Assembly (NCBI GenBank): GCA_033442325.1
Contig: JAWQFM010000013.1
Coordinates: 714,885-778,884 of the forward strand
Length of the DNA stretch: 64,000 nucleotides
Source: Salpingoeca rosetta
Lineage: Eukaryota; Protista; Choanoflagellata
Direction: 5' to 3'
Both the position numbers and the translations under genes were made by a program. This document shows, one piece after another, positions 50,101-60,378 of this stretch. Every line of letters starts with the position of its first letter. The stretch's first letter is position 1. The notes below the pieces were generated by a model. It searched no databases, was not told the DNA's origin, and was given only the letters and a program-made list of their open reading frames with translations.

Positions 50101-51207
50101 GAAGACCAGGAGCTGTACGATACGCCGCGCGCTGCGCCGCGCCCCAAACCACGAATGGTGCTGGAACAAGCAGATGCCGGCGACGCCGTCACCGACGACC
50201 AAGAGATGTACGACGTGCCGCGGAGCAAGCCGCGTCCGCAACCACGCCCGCGCAAACCAACACTCACGCTGGACACCAACGAGTACAGCGCCCTGCCAAC
50301 AGCCCGCCCCACAAACCCCTCTGCTCCCAGCAGCACCAACGACGTCGCGCGCGGACTGCCGATGCAAGAAACGGGGGAGGAGCTGTCGTGGTCGGAGCGC
50401 TCGCGCACACTCCGCCGCCCGCCGCGAACAGACAATCGCGTGTTGGACATGTTCTCCAGCGGCGATGGTGGCGATGGCGGCGGTGGTGGTGGTGGTGACC
50501 ACGTGGACAGCAGCGCTACAGGCCGGCGCCCGACGGCCCGTAGCCGCCCGCTGACGAGCGGAGATGATGACCCCATGCGAGTGCAGGCACGCGCCCTGCC
50601 GGGTTACATTGGCGAAGCAAATCGCATGCTGGCAGAGCAGAAGCTTGCAGGATCGGCGCTGGGCACGTACTTGTGGCGGGTGAGTGCAAGCCGGGCTGGT
50701 GCAGTGCTGTCTGTTGTTGGTTCGCGACGGACTGTGCACCACATGTTCACGCAGGACGCCAGCGGCATGATTCTGATGAACGACAAGCCGCTGTCGCAGC
50801 CGTGCTACGACCTGCAGAGCGCGGTTGCGCTCTTGCACTCGCACCAGGAGCAGATGTCCTCCCAGCTGACGACCCCGCTGGCACAGGCGCCTCGCAGGGT
50901 GGTGGCAGACACACACACGTGGCTGCTGCCTGGACTCGACCGAGCTGCTGCAAAGGCGTTGCTGCACGACACGCCCGATGGCACGTTTGTGGTTACGCCG
51001 ACAGACAGCAGCCACTTTACGCTGTTCCTCTCGTACAACTTTGATGTGTCGTCACACCGCCTCTCGTACGGCAGCCACGGCTGGGTGCTGCGTCAGCAGT
51101 TTGTGCCGGCAACGACGCTTGAGGAGTGTGTTGCCGCGCTGCACGACGCGTCGTACGGCCTCCCCTGTGTGCTCACGGGGCCACCACACCAGGACGCCAT
51201 GGCTTGA
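42078..51207 (+). CDS. Giant type I receptor (copy A): TNFR/ephrin-receptor-like Cys repeats, DUF5011/HYR-like Ig repeats, SEA-like module, TM, YDxP-repeat tail, two SH2 domains; frameshifted at ~47800
   Basis: Hydrophobic leader; phase-1 exons of CxxCxxGT(Y/F)Q repeats; repeats of VDTTPP...EAG...D..D...Y.V.D..GN...RTV; TM ~48931-49002; 5x YDVP and 2x YDTP; SH2-like GTYLWRVS and WLLPGLDR..GTFVV. The long ORFs 46754-47824 and 47833-51207 are out of frame. Confidence 0.85.
46586..46705. repeat. Intronic ~38-bp tandem repeat x3
   Basis: ccccgtctcacacaccctttctcctcaccctcacatt recurs three times with minor variation. Confidence 0.75.
47278..48830 (+). repeat. Arm 1 of a long inverted duplication (partner 62441-64000)
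   Basis: Reverse complement of 62441-64000 with scattered substitutions and a 7-bp indel. Confidence 0.95.
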
Positions 51208-51232
51208 GCCGCCGTGTGTGTGTGTGTGTGTG

Positions 51233-51311
<79 letters not shown>

Positions 51312-52406
51312 GTGTGTCTGCCTGCCTGTTTGTGTGTCTTTGTGTCTGTCTGTCTGTCTGTGTGTCTGTCTGTCCGTGTTTGGCTTCATGTCGAGAGCCA
51401 CTTTTCGGTTTTGTTTGACGTTAGTTCACCATTCCATTCTGTTGCTTTATTCCATTTATCGTCTTAGAAGTCGCTACACATTGCCCTCAGTTCACGTGTT
51501 ACTTTCGACATTGCACTGCTTGCTTGTGCTCATGTCACTGTTGACACCATTGTGACATGTCATGCAACGTTGCGTTTTGTCATTGCATTCCACATCATAT
51601 TTTCATTGTTACAAGGATCGTGGGCATTGTTTGTGTTCGTTTGTGTGCATGCTGGTGCCGCTTCCGTGGCGGTTGCGTTTGGCAAAACACATGGCTCATT
51701 CCCCGTTTATCTCTTTGTTTGCGCGTGTATTGCCCCTTTCACTCGCCACTCTTCTTCTCAGTTCGTTCCTTGCCTCATTTGCGTTAGGTCTGTCGGGCAT
51801 GAATGCACTGCCTCTTGCTTGCTCTTTTTCTTTTTCTTCTTGTGTTCGGCTCTGCTTGTGTCTGTGTCCATGTTTGTGCGTGTCTGTCTGTCTGTCTGTG
51901 TGTGTGTCCGTGTGTGTATGTGTGTGTCTGTGTCTGTGTCTGTGTCTGTGTCTGTGTCTGTGTCTGTCTGTTTTTCGGTGCTTTTCTACGCGGGCGCTGC
52001 TTGCCGGCACTTGTGGAGAACATGCGAGCCATTACAACCGAACACAACCCCAACACGCATGCACTGCGCTCTTTGTCGTTGGTGTGCGAACGGTGCTACT
52101 GGCATCAGAAAGGCGCAACATGTTTGGGGGAAAGGGGGGGGCATCGTGCAACAACGCACAACACAGCGAAAGAGCAACTGGAGGTGTAGGCAATTAACAC
52201 TGAACGAGGCAAGCTCAACCACAACACTCAATCCACATCCCACCCCTAAAAACAGCGTCCATACGCGCACACAAGAACACACAACGACACCAGCATACAC
52301 ACGCGCAAACAAAGACACCAGCATACACAAGCATACACGCAAATACACAAGCATACACGCAAATACACAAGTACACAAACACGCGCACAAACACACACAC
52401 AACACA

Positions 52407-55400
52407 CTAAAACCACACATCGTCATCACCGTGATACGCAAAATCGTCGTCAGAGTCGGGGTGTTCCATGACGTCGTAGTATGCTTCCGCAGCCGTCATG
52501 CCGTGGAGCATCGTCCCATTCAGCCGGCGCTGCACCACTGATGGGGGTTTGCTATGGCAGTGGAGATCGGGCCAGGGCGACTGGCGATCATCGGCCTGCG
52601 CGGCAGATCTGCCCTGTGGCCTCGGCTTGCCGGTGCAGTCCTCCACGGTGAGAGTGTCAAAGTAGGGCATCGAGTCGACGTTGGTGAAGTGAACCTCCCT
52701 CAGGGCCAGGCTGTTCACGCCGCTCAGCCCGGCAAAGTCCTCGATGCGCCCGCCATACACCTCCAGGGACGACACCCTGCGCGTAAAGTCAACGCGCACC
52801 TCGTCGACTTCCATGTGCACGTCATCAATTCCAGTCAGGGTCAGAGACGGGCAGGTGTCAGTGACCACGAGTGAATCCGCGTCGTCCACGCGAATCGCGC
52901 CTTCGCAGTCAGTGAGCTCCACAGACACGCAGTCAATCAAGCTGTCGCCCTTCTGCAGCTGGCAGGACCGAAGGGTGACGTCAGCGATGCCTGTCACGGA
53001 TGACAGGCCCGTGATGGCGTGCTTGGTCTCGCTGGTCGACGAGAGGGTGATGTAGTCCGCGTTTGCAAGGCGTGATGCATCAAACGGGCCCGACACCTTT
53101 GCACTCACTGTGTGCACACACGCGGGGAGGGTGCAGGTGATGTCGCTGGCCTTCATGTCCAGCAACAAGACTTTCGCCCCAGCCGGCACCAAGTGCAGCA
53201 ACCCCACCACGTTGGCCGTCGCCGCGCCCGTGAGCGTAATGTTCGTCACGTGTGGCAGGCAGGACTCGAGGAAGGGCGTGGTGAGCGGGCACCCAAGTCG
53301 CAGCTCCTGCGCCGACGCCACAGCTGGCATGGCCGTCAGCTCGGGGCACCGGTCAATGATGAAGCGCGCAAGCTTGAGGCCCGAGCTGGCGGCGGTGAGC
53401 TTGGCCTTCTTGGCGCGGGGCGTGCTGCGGCGCGCTCGCCCCTTGGCAGAGAGCACCTCGAGGGAGGCCAGCTTGGGGCACGCGTCTGCGGTCAGGCGTG
53501 TCAGGTTGCAGCCGGGAACGCCAATGGCCGTCACCGCGTCGCAGTCGTGCACGTGGAGATCACGCAGGCCGTGCAGGTGCGGTATGTGCAGCGCTGCAAT
53601 GTTGGGGCAGCTGCCAATATGCAGCTCGTGCAAGCGGGACGCCTCACAGGTGAACTCGGTGAAGCCGCAGGCGTGGCAGACGACAGCGGATGCGTCCTGT
53701 TCGGCGTGAATGTGCACGTTACGCAACGCACGACACACGGACAGCTCCAGCCGACCCACGTCTCCCGTGGCGTGGACACCGAAGTCGATGAGGCCGGTGC
53801 AGTTTGAGATGCAGATGGTGTCGAAGCTGTGCAGCTGCTGCAGTTGCACGGACGCGAGCGAGGCGCATGTGTAGATGTCCAGGCTCAGCAGTGCCATGTC
53901 GGCGAAAGCAATCTCCTTCAGTGCCTCGCATTCGCTGATGCCGACCTTCCGCGCGCTCTGGGCATTGGGGAGCTCCACAGACGAAAGGAGCTCGCAATTC
54001 CTCACGGTGAGGGTATCCAGCTTCTTGCTGCCGAGCACAACCCTGCCCATGCGATTGCAGGAACGGACATTCACGCACGTGGCGTTTTGCGCGTGAATCA
54101 CAGTCACCTGATGAACGAAGGAGAGGTCAAGGCGGTCGCCGGTGAAGCTGAACGCTTCAAAGGCGGCAACATCGCAGGCCCTGATATCCAGGTGCGGTAC
54201 ATCCTTCAGCGGGGCGAGGCTTTTCAGGCCAACATGGTCAAGCGATACTCTCTGCGCATGCTGCAGTGGAGTCAGGTCGGGCAGGGATGTGATGAACTCG
54301 AAGCTGACGTTGGGAACACCTGCCAGAGCGCTGATGTCAGAGATGGTGCGCCGGTCGCTGGCGTAGCCCCTGATGGACACCTCATTCACGTGGCGAAACG
54401 AGCCCTTGATTTCCGCCTGCGCCTGTGGGGAGGTCCACTTGAATGTGGTGACGTTGTCCAGGTCAAGGTGGTCGATGGGCTCCGAGGAAGTGATGCAGAG
54501 GTTGTGTGCGTTGCGCATGCTGAAGCGCTCCAGCTTGCCAAACGGCGCGTGGGGTTGGGAGCCAGAAGACCCAATACCCAGATCAAGCTTGCCGCACCCG
54601 GGGTCTCCCAGGGCTTGCAGAAGAAAGGAGAGGAAGTGGACGTCGCTCGCTTGATCGCACATGCACTTGGCATGTACGGTGATCTCCGCGGGGCGCAGGG
54701 GTGACGGGCGCGGTGCAGTGATGGCGCGACTTTTGGCACCGCTGCTGGTGTCGCTGCTGGGTGGGGGATCAAGAGCCATGAGCCTTGGGTTGTTGACCCA
54801 TGCTTTGATGTCGACCACATCCGAGAAACCGACGCGCCCAAAGAGCGCAAACTTGCGTCGAAACTCTGACTCCTGCGCCATGCGTGAAAACATATGGTGA
54901 GAACATCCCCACCAGACACCCAGTCTCGAGTATGCCAAGAAGCGGCCAGCCTCCCACGCTTCCGCAGCCTCCGCAGCCTCCTTGCTGGTGGTGGTGGTGG
55001 GAGTGATAATGGTGGGGAAGCCATCGGCGTCCATGCTGATTGTGAGGTGCGACGGAACTGCCGGTCGGATCCAGGAGCAAATCAGCCGGTGGGCAAACTT
55101 TCTGCCAAACCACCACTTTGGCATGGCCCACGGCAACTCATCGTACAGGAAGCGGCACGTGAACATGAGGCGCATCAGCGCTATGACGTCGGGGCTCATG
55201 CCATCAGGGGGGAAGGACTCTTTAGTGAGGTGACGCGCGATCAGTGACCACGCATCAATGCTGAGCGCGTGCACGCCTTGCGCATCATCCCCTGCCGTTT
55301 TGCTGCTGTCCGAGCTGCTGGATCCCTTGTCCGCGATCGCCTTTTTCTTGGCCGCCTTGCGGCCTCCTTTGTTGCCGCGACGGCTGCGGCGGGGCGGCAT
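52407..55400 (-). CDS. Intronless F-box-like/LRR protein (~1000 aa)
   Basis: Probable start MPPRRSRR (basic, NLS-like); F-box-like LSIDAWSLIARHL...RLMFTCRFLY; many Cys-containing LRRs (LxIxxCxxL, DISAL, DLTPL). Confidence 0.7.
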   Translation of the reverse strand: MPPRRSRRGNKGGRKAAKKKAIADKGSSSSDSSKTAGDDAQGVHALSIDAWSLIARHLTKESFPPDGMSPDVIALMRLMFTCRFLYDELPWAMPKWWFGRKFAHRLICSWIRPAVPSHLTISMDADGFPTIITPTTTTSKEAAEAAEAWEAGRFLAYSRLGVWWGCSHHMFSRMAQESEFRRKFALFGRVGFSDVVDIKAWVNNPRLMALDPPPSSDTSSGAKSRAITAPRPSPLRPAEITVHAKCMCDQASDVHFLSFLLQALGDPGCGKLDLGIGSSGSQPHAPFGKLERFSMRNAHNLCITSSEPIDHLDLDNVTTFKWTSPQAQAEIKGSFRHVNEVSIRGYASDRRTISDISALAGVPNVSFEFITSLPDLTPLQHAQRVSLDHVGLKSLAPLKDVPHLDIRACDVAAFEAFSFTGDRLDLSFVHQVTVIHAQNATCVNVRSCNRMGRVVLGSKKLDTLTVRNCELLSSVELPNAQSARKVGISECEALKEIAFADMALLSLDIYTCASLASVQLQQLHSFDTICISNCTGLIDFGVHATGDVGRLELSVCRALRNVHIHAEQDASAVVCHACGFTEFTCEASRLHELHIGSCPNIAALHIPHLHGLRDLHVHDCDAVTAIGVPGCNLTRLTADACPKLASLEVLSAKGRARRSTPRAKKAKLTAASSGLKLARFIIDRCPELTAMPAVASAQELRLGCPLTTPFLESCLPHVTNITLTGAATANVVGLLHLVPAGAKVLLLDMKASDITCTLPACVHTVSAKVSGPFDASRLANADYITLSSTSETKHAITGLSSVTGIADVTLRSCQLQKGDSLIDCVSVELTDCEGAIRVDDADSLVVTDTCPSLTLTGIDDVHMEVDEVRVDFTRRVSSLEVYGGRIEDFAGLSGVNSLALREVHFTNVDSMPYFDTLTVEDCTGKPRPQGRSAAQADDRQSPWPDLHCHSKPPSVVQRRLNGTMLHGMTAAEAYYDVMEHPDSDDDFAYHGDDDVWF

Positions 55401-55602
55401 GATCGCTTTCGCTTCACACCCTGTCCGTCTGCTGGCTGGTGTCGGCTTGTTGGTCTTGTCTTGTCGTCTTGTTGGTCTTGTCTTGTCTTGGTTTTGGGGT
55501 TTTCCGCGCCCTAAATAAACGTGCATCGAATCACGCAGGCTGCACACCACCAGCAAGCAGGAGACACGTGCCTGCAAACACACCTGAACCCACGACGGCA
55601 GC

Positions 55603-57342
55603 ATGAGTGAACCGTGTGAGAAGCGAGCCAAGACAAGCGAAGAAGCAGTGGAGCTGGTGGAGGAGCTGGTGGAGGAGCTGGTGGAGGAGGACGAGAGCGT
55701 GCAGTATGTGCCGCATCCACTGGGGATTGTGTCATCGATGATGGCGAGTTTGGGTAGTGGGACGGTGGTGGAACGATCCTCACTGGGCAGCCTGTTTGCC
55801 GTGCTGCCGGACGAGGTGGTGTTGGAGGTGCTGTCGCAACTGGACGCGCCGTCCCTCGCTGCCTTTGCCTGCTGCAGCCGCCTCTGCTACGTCTTCGCCA
55901 GCACGGACGAGCTCTGGAAGCAGCTCGTGCTCCAGGCGGTGCAGGCGGACAACATGCACGGCAAATGGGAGTACAGCGGCACCTGGAAGCGGACCTACGC
56001 CCAGCTGGCCACCACCCGCCGGTCCAACCACACCCAAGACGGGACGTCATCAACACAGACCACAGAACCCCCAGCAAGCAGTAACACGGTGGCATCAGGA
56101 GCGCCAGTGGCATCAATGTCATCGGCAACAACGGCAACGACGGCGGCCACTGCAACAACTGAAACGACTGCAACGCAACAACACCAACTATTCGGCCTGC
56201 AGTTTGGCATGGTGCCATCAGACACCCTCTTTGAGGCATGGCTGTCCGTGACGGCGAAGATCCAGCCTCACTGGCTCGTACACGACAACATACCGCGACG
56301 CGACGCCGCCTCCCTCAGCGCCCGCGAGTTTGACGAACAGTATGAGCAGCGGAGGCAGCCCGTGGTGATCCGAGGGGCCGCTGCAGAGTGGCCGGCCTTT
56401 CGAAGGTGGACGCGGGTTAGCATCGCGTCGCAGTTCCGTCGCCCCACAAGCAGCGACGCTGGCCATGGTGATCATGGCAGCAGCAGCGCCGGCGAGAGCG
56501 AGGAGCAGCTGTTTGATGCGTTTGATGAGTACTCTGGGTCCCACCGCATGACAATGGGCCAGTACATGGCGTACGCGCGGCAGCAGCAGGACGAGCGACC
56601 CCTGTATGTGTTTGAGCCGCGGTACATTGAGGAGAACAGCACGCTCGCACACGCATACACCACGCCGCCACACTTCCAGCATGACCTGATGTCCCACCTC
56701 GGCACGGCGCGGCCAGACTGGCGGTGGCTGCTGGCGGGGCCAGCGCGCACAGGCACCAACTTCCACGTCGACCCGAACCACACCTCCGCCTGGAACACGG
56801 TCGTGTATGGGCGCAAGAAGTGGGTGATGTTTCCGCCGCACGTTGCGCCGCCTGGCGTATGCGTGTGCCCCGAGACGGGTCGCGTGGAGCAGCCAGACTC
56901 TGTCATGGCGTGGTTCCTGCAGTACTACGACGACATCCACGCGGACCCGCGCCTGCGCCGGCACGTGCGCGAGTGCGTGTGCGGCCCGGGCGACACCGTG
57001 TTCATACCCGACGGCTGGTGGCACCTCGTCCTCAACACGGAGGAGACGGTTGCCATCACGCACAACTACATTGGGCCGGCCAACTTGCACCGCTGCCTCT
57101 CCTTCCTCGACACGGGTGTGCCCCGCCATATGACCCATGCGGGGCCCTCCGACCTTGCGAGCCGGTTCCGCGCAGCCTTGCAGCAGCATGCGCCCGACGT
57201 GCTTGCACGTGCAGAGCAGCGACTGCAGCAACAGCGGTGTGGGAACGGGTCTGGTGATGCTGTGGAGACGGCGTCCTGTCTCGCAGACGGCCCCAAGCCT
57301 GCAAGTTCCGTGCACGCGTTCAGCTTTAACTTTGCCACGTAA
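55603..57342 (+). CDS. Intronless F-box + JmjC (JMJD6-family) 2OG oxygenase
   Basis: F-box LPDEVVLEVLSQLDAPSL...CCSR..Y......LWK; JmjC RPDWRWLLAGPARTGTNFHVDPNHTSAWN...GRKKW and FIPDGWWHLVLN.E.TVAITHNY (HxD...H intact). Confidence 0.92.
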   Translation: MSEPCEKRAKTSEEAVELVEELVEELVEEDESVQYVPHPLGIVSSMMASLGSGTVVERSSLGSLFAVLPDEVVLEVLSQLDAPSLAAFACCSRLCYVFASTDELWKQLVLQAVQADNMHGKWEYSGTWKRTYAQLATTRRSNHTQDGTSSTQTTEPPASSNTVASGAPVASMSSATTATTAATATTETTATQQHQLFGLQFGMVPSDTLFEAWLSVTAKIQPHWLVHDNIPRRDAASLSAREFDEQYEQRRQPVVIRGAAAEWPAFRRWTRVSIASQFRRPTSSDAGHGDHGSSSAGESEEQLFDAFDEYSGSHRMTMGQYMAYARQQQDERPLYVFEPRYIEENSTLAHAYTTPPHFQHDLMSHLGTARPDWRWLLAGPARTGTNFHVDPNHTSAWNTVVYGRKKWVMFPPHVAPPGVCVCPETGRVEQPDSVMAWFLQYYDDIHADPRLRRHVRECVCGPGDTVFIPDGWWHLVLNTEETVAITHNYIGPANLHRCLSFLDTGVPRHMTHAGPSDLASRFRAALQQHAPDVLARAEQRLQQQRCGNGSGDAVETASCLADGPKPASSVHAFSFNFAT

Positions 57343-57771
57343 TGTGTGCGTGTGCGTGTGTGTGTGTGTGTCTGTATGTATGTCTGTGTGTATGTGTGTG
57401 CTTCATTTGATTCGCGTTCTCTTCTGCATGTGTGTGGCACCGTGCCCATGTGCATCCCCTTACGTTGCCCCCGCCCCCGCCCCCAGTGTCAGCTTCAGGT
57501 GCAACAGCACACGCTGTGTATTCGTTGTTGCGGTAGATAAACATCAAATGCATGATGATGGCCATGATGAACAACACAGCACGATGTTGGCTTGTCAGAG
57601 GCATAACACAAAACATGGTGATGATAGAACAAAATCGTGTCAACAAATGCAAGGACAACGGATGAATCATCCGTGATGACCATCATGATGATGATGATAA
57701 TGATGATGATGATGATGAGGGCGGGCTTCATCGCGCTCCCGCCACGCGCCCGTCACGCTTCCATGACTCAA

Positions 57772-59509
57772 TTACTCCTGGGTTGCACCCGGGGCGTAGA
57801 ACCACACCTCGTTGTGGCGGTTGAACTAGATACAGCGTTGCAATGTCGTGTGTGACAACATATGTAAGACAAGACGAGGTGAGACGAGGTGGTATTGGTA
57901 AGGTAAGAGGACAGTGAACACACGGCAAGCAAGAAGAATGCGAGATATGATGGGCGTGAGTGAACAAGAGTACAGATCCAATGCAATCAAAGCGACACGC
58001 GTGCAAGGCTGCCCACCAGCTGGTAGGGGCTGTCGTAGCCGGCAGTGTAGTACACCGTTGAGTTGAAGGCGATGTTGTCCTTCGTCAGCGCCTGTTGCCA
58101 GTGTTGTGTGCGCGTGTGCGTGTGCGTGTGTGAGAGGTGAGTGACACACACACGAGCACGAGAGAGTGTGTGATGTTGGTGGAATGTTGACGAGTATTGA
58201 TAGGTAAGCAAGAGAACACAATGACCGATCGACACAGCCAGACCGGGTTTGAGTGCTCGTGCGTGCCAGGCATACAGAGCACAACCCCATGGCTGCTGCG
58301 ATTCTCGTCATTACTGTGCTCTACCTGGGCGAGGGCTTCGGCGTGACCGATGTCGTCCTTCTCCTTGGCAAATCCAGGAAAGCTGGTGACATAGGTGGTG
58401 TGCGCGGGCTCAGACTCAATGTACACGTCCTTCGATGCCTGCATGGCAGCGAGTAGGTGAAGGGACAGCCAAGGACGGAAGAGGGGAAGAGAAAGGCGTT
58501 TCGTGAGCATGGAACATGTGCGATTACATTTTGTGTACGGCATGAGGCAAAGACATGCTCGTGTTGAGTTCCATCTCGGTGCTTGGGGTGTTGGGATGTG
58601 CATTCGGGGTGGTGGACACGCGGTGGCATGCGACACGCAAGCTGCATGTGTGTGTTGTGTCGTGTTGAATGTTAACTCACGGGCTTGGGTGGGTTTGGCT
58701 GGAAGGCGAACGGCACCATGAAGCTGACGGTGAACGTGGACTTGCAGTATGGGCCAGAGCCAGGGTACACTTGAACCGTGACGGGTGCGGTCATGGGAAT
58801 GTGCTTCACATCAACGTTTGCACCAGAGATGTAGCTGAACAGGCGCTGGAAACCTGGATGCATGTTGTGTGAGTGAGTATGTGTGTGAGTATGTGCGTGA
58901 GTATGTGTGAGTGAGCAAGTGAGTGCGCATGCATGTGAGTGTGTGTATGTGTGTGTGTGCATGTGTGTCATTGGGGGATAAAGTGGGTTGTTGTTGCTGC
59001 TCCTGAAGTCGTGCAAGAACCGACAAACCGTCACGCACGCACGACCACGTAACACCTCACCAATGGCGGTGGCGGTGGTGTAGTTTGCGCTCTCAACTTG
59101 GGTGCGTGCCCACTGGGACGCGCTGTAGTGGCGGACCTCATACGTGTCCGTGCGGTTGACGACCGTGAAACGTGGGCAATCTGAGGGATGGTGGAAAGCA
59201 AGCACGGGGGTCAAGTACACAGACATGTGTACACAAAGCTGAATGAATGAGCCGCGTGTGCAGGTTCATTATACACACCGAAGTGGGAACATGCGACACA
59301 GAATGAATTGGGGTCAGTCAACGCGGCACCAGCGAACACCTTCTCCAGCAACCGCGCTCCAAACTCTGCATGTCCTTACCCAGGCTGCGGCAGAAGGCGG
59401 GCTCATCGTTGCGTGAGAGCCGTGCTTGCAGAGGAGCAGCGTTGGCCACAGTCAGGGCCACAGCCGCAACGAGCACAGTTGCAAACACACATTTCCCCAA
59501 GGCGAGCAT
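57772..59509 (-). CDS. Secreted SOUL/heme-binding protein (6 exons)
   Basis: Signal peptide; DCPRF, YEVRHY, GFQRLFSYISGAN, IPMTAPV, TVSFMVP, AGYDSPYQL|FNRHNEVWF...*. Confidence 0.92.
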
Positions 59510-60378
59510 CTTGGCAGCGTGGAGGAGGTAAAAAGGAAACGTCGCTGAGAGAGGGGCTGAGACGTGACAGGTTGTAGCTTGTAAGTTGTTGGCTTGGAAC
59601 ACGGTGCGAGAGGTAAATGAACGTTAAAGCCGGGGCTGCACTGCCTGTGCGCACCCAATGTGAGCCAGGCAGCGTGTCCCCTCGTCATCTCACGCAGCAG
59701 AGCACACTCCCGTCATCATCATCGCTGCTCGCCTGCTTTTTTTGTTCGCATGGGTGCAACATTTGGGCTTCACGAACAGTCCTTCCTCCACACCCGCCTG
59801 TCAATTTTGACAGGTGATTGTTTGTGTTTGTGTTTGTGTTTGTGGTTGGGGGTGGCTTGGTTGTGTCTGTGTGTGGTTGCGACATGAGCATCAGCACAGC
59901 ACCAGCACACGCGCATGTCACACCCCACCACCTCAAGCACTGCGGGCCAGTTGTAGGAAGTGTATGTAGTCAGCAGCAGCTCTCACACCCAACGAAAAGT
60001 CAAGCAAGCACACAAACGCATAGGACGGTAACACACGGTTCGCGCGTTGCTCGGGCAGTAACATGACAGGCACATCATGTGGCGGAAGCTGCACATAACA
60101 GAAGAGGTGCAAAGGAATGAGCAGGAGCGAGAAACACTAAGGGCCGGGATGGCAGCAGCACAGAAATGTAACCAAGACGGGGCAAGCGCGCCACAAATCG
60201 CGGAACATGGACTGGGCGTAAGGAAAATGGAGCCAAAGGCGCGTGGCACACATAACTGAAAAAGCCAAACACGGCAGTTAAGTAAAGTGATGGAACGCAA
60301 CATAACGAACAGTATGTATCCTCAAACGATTCACACAACACAACACAACACAGCACAGCACAACACAGCGTGTGCGTG

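Noticed and set aside
55401-55631. N-terminal extension of the 1074-aa ORF overlapping the JmjC gene
   Set aside because: Low-complexity leader; the ATG at 55400 (MPPRRSRR) is the more plausible start and removes the overlap.
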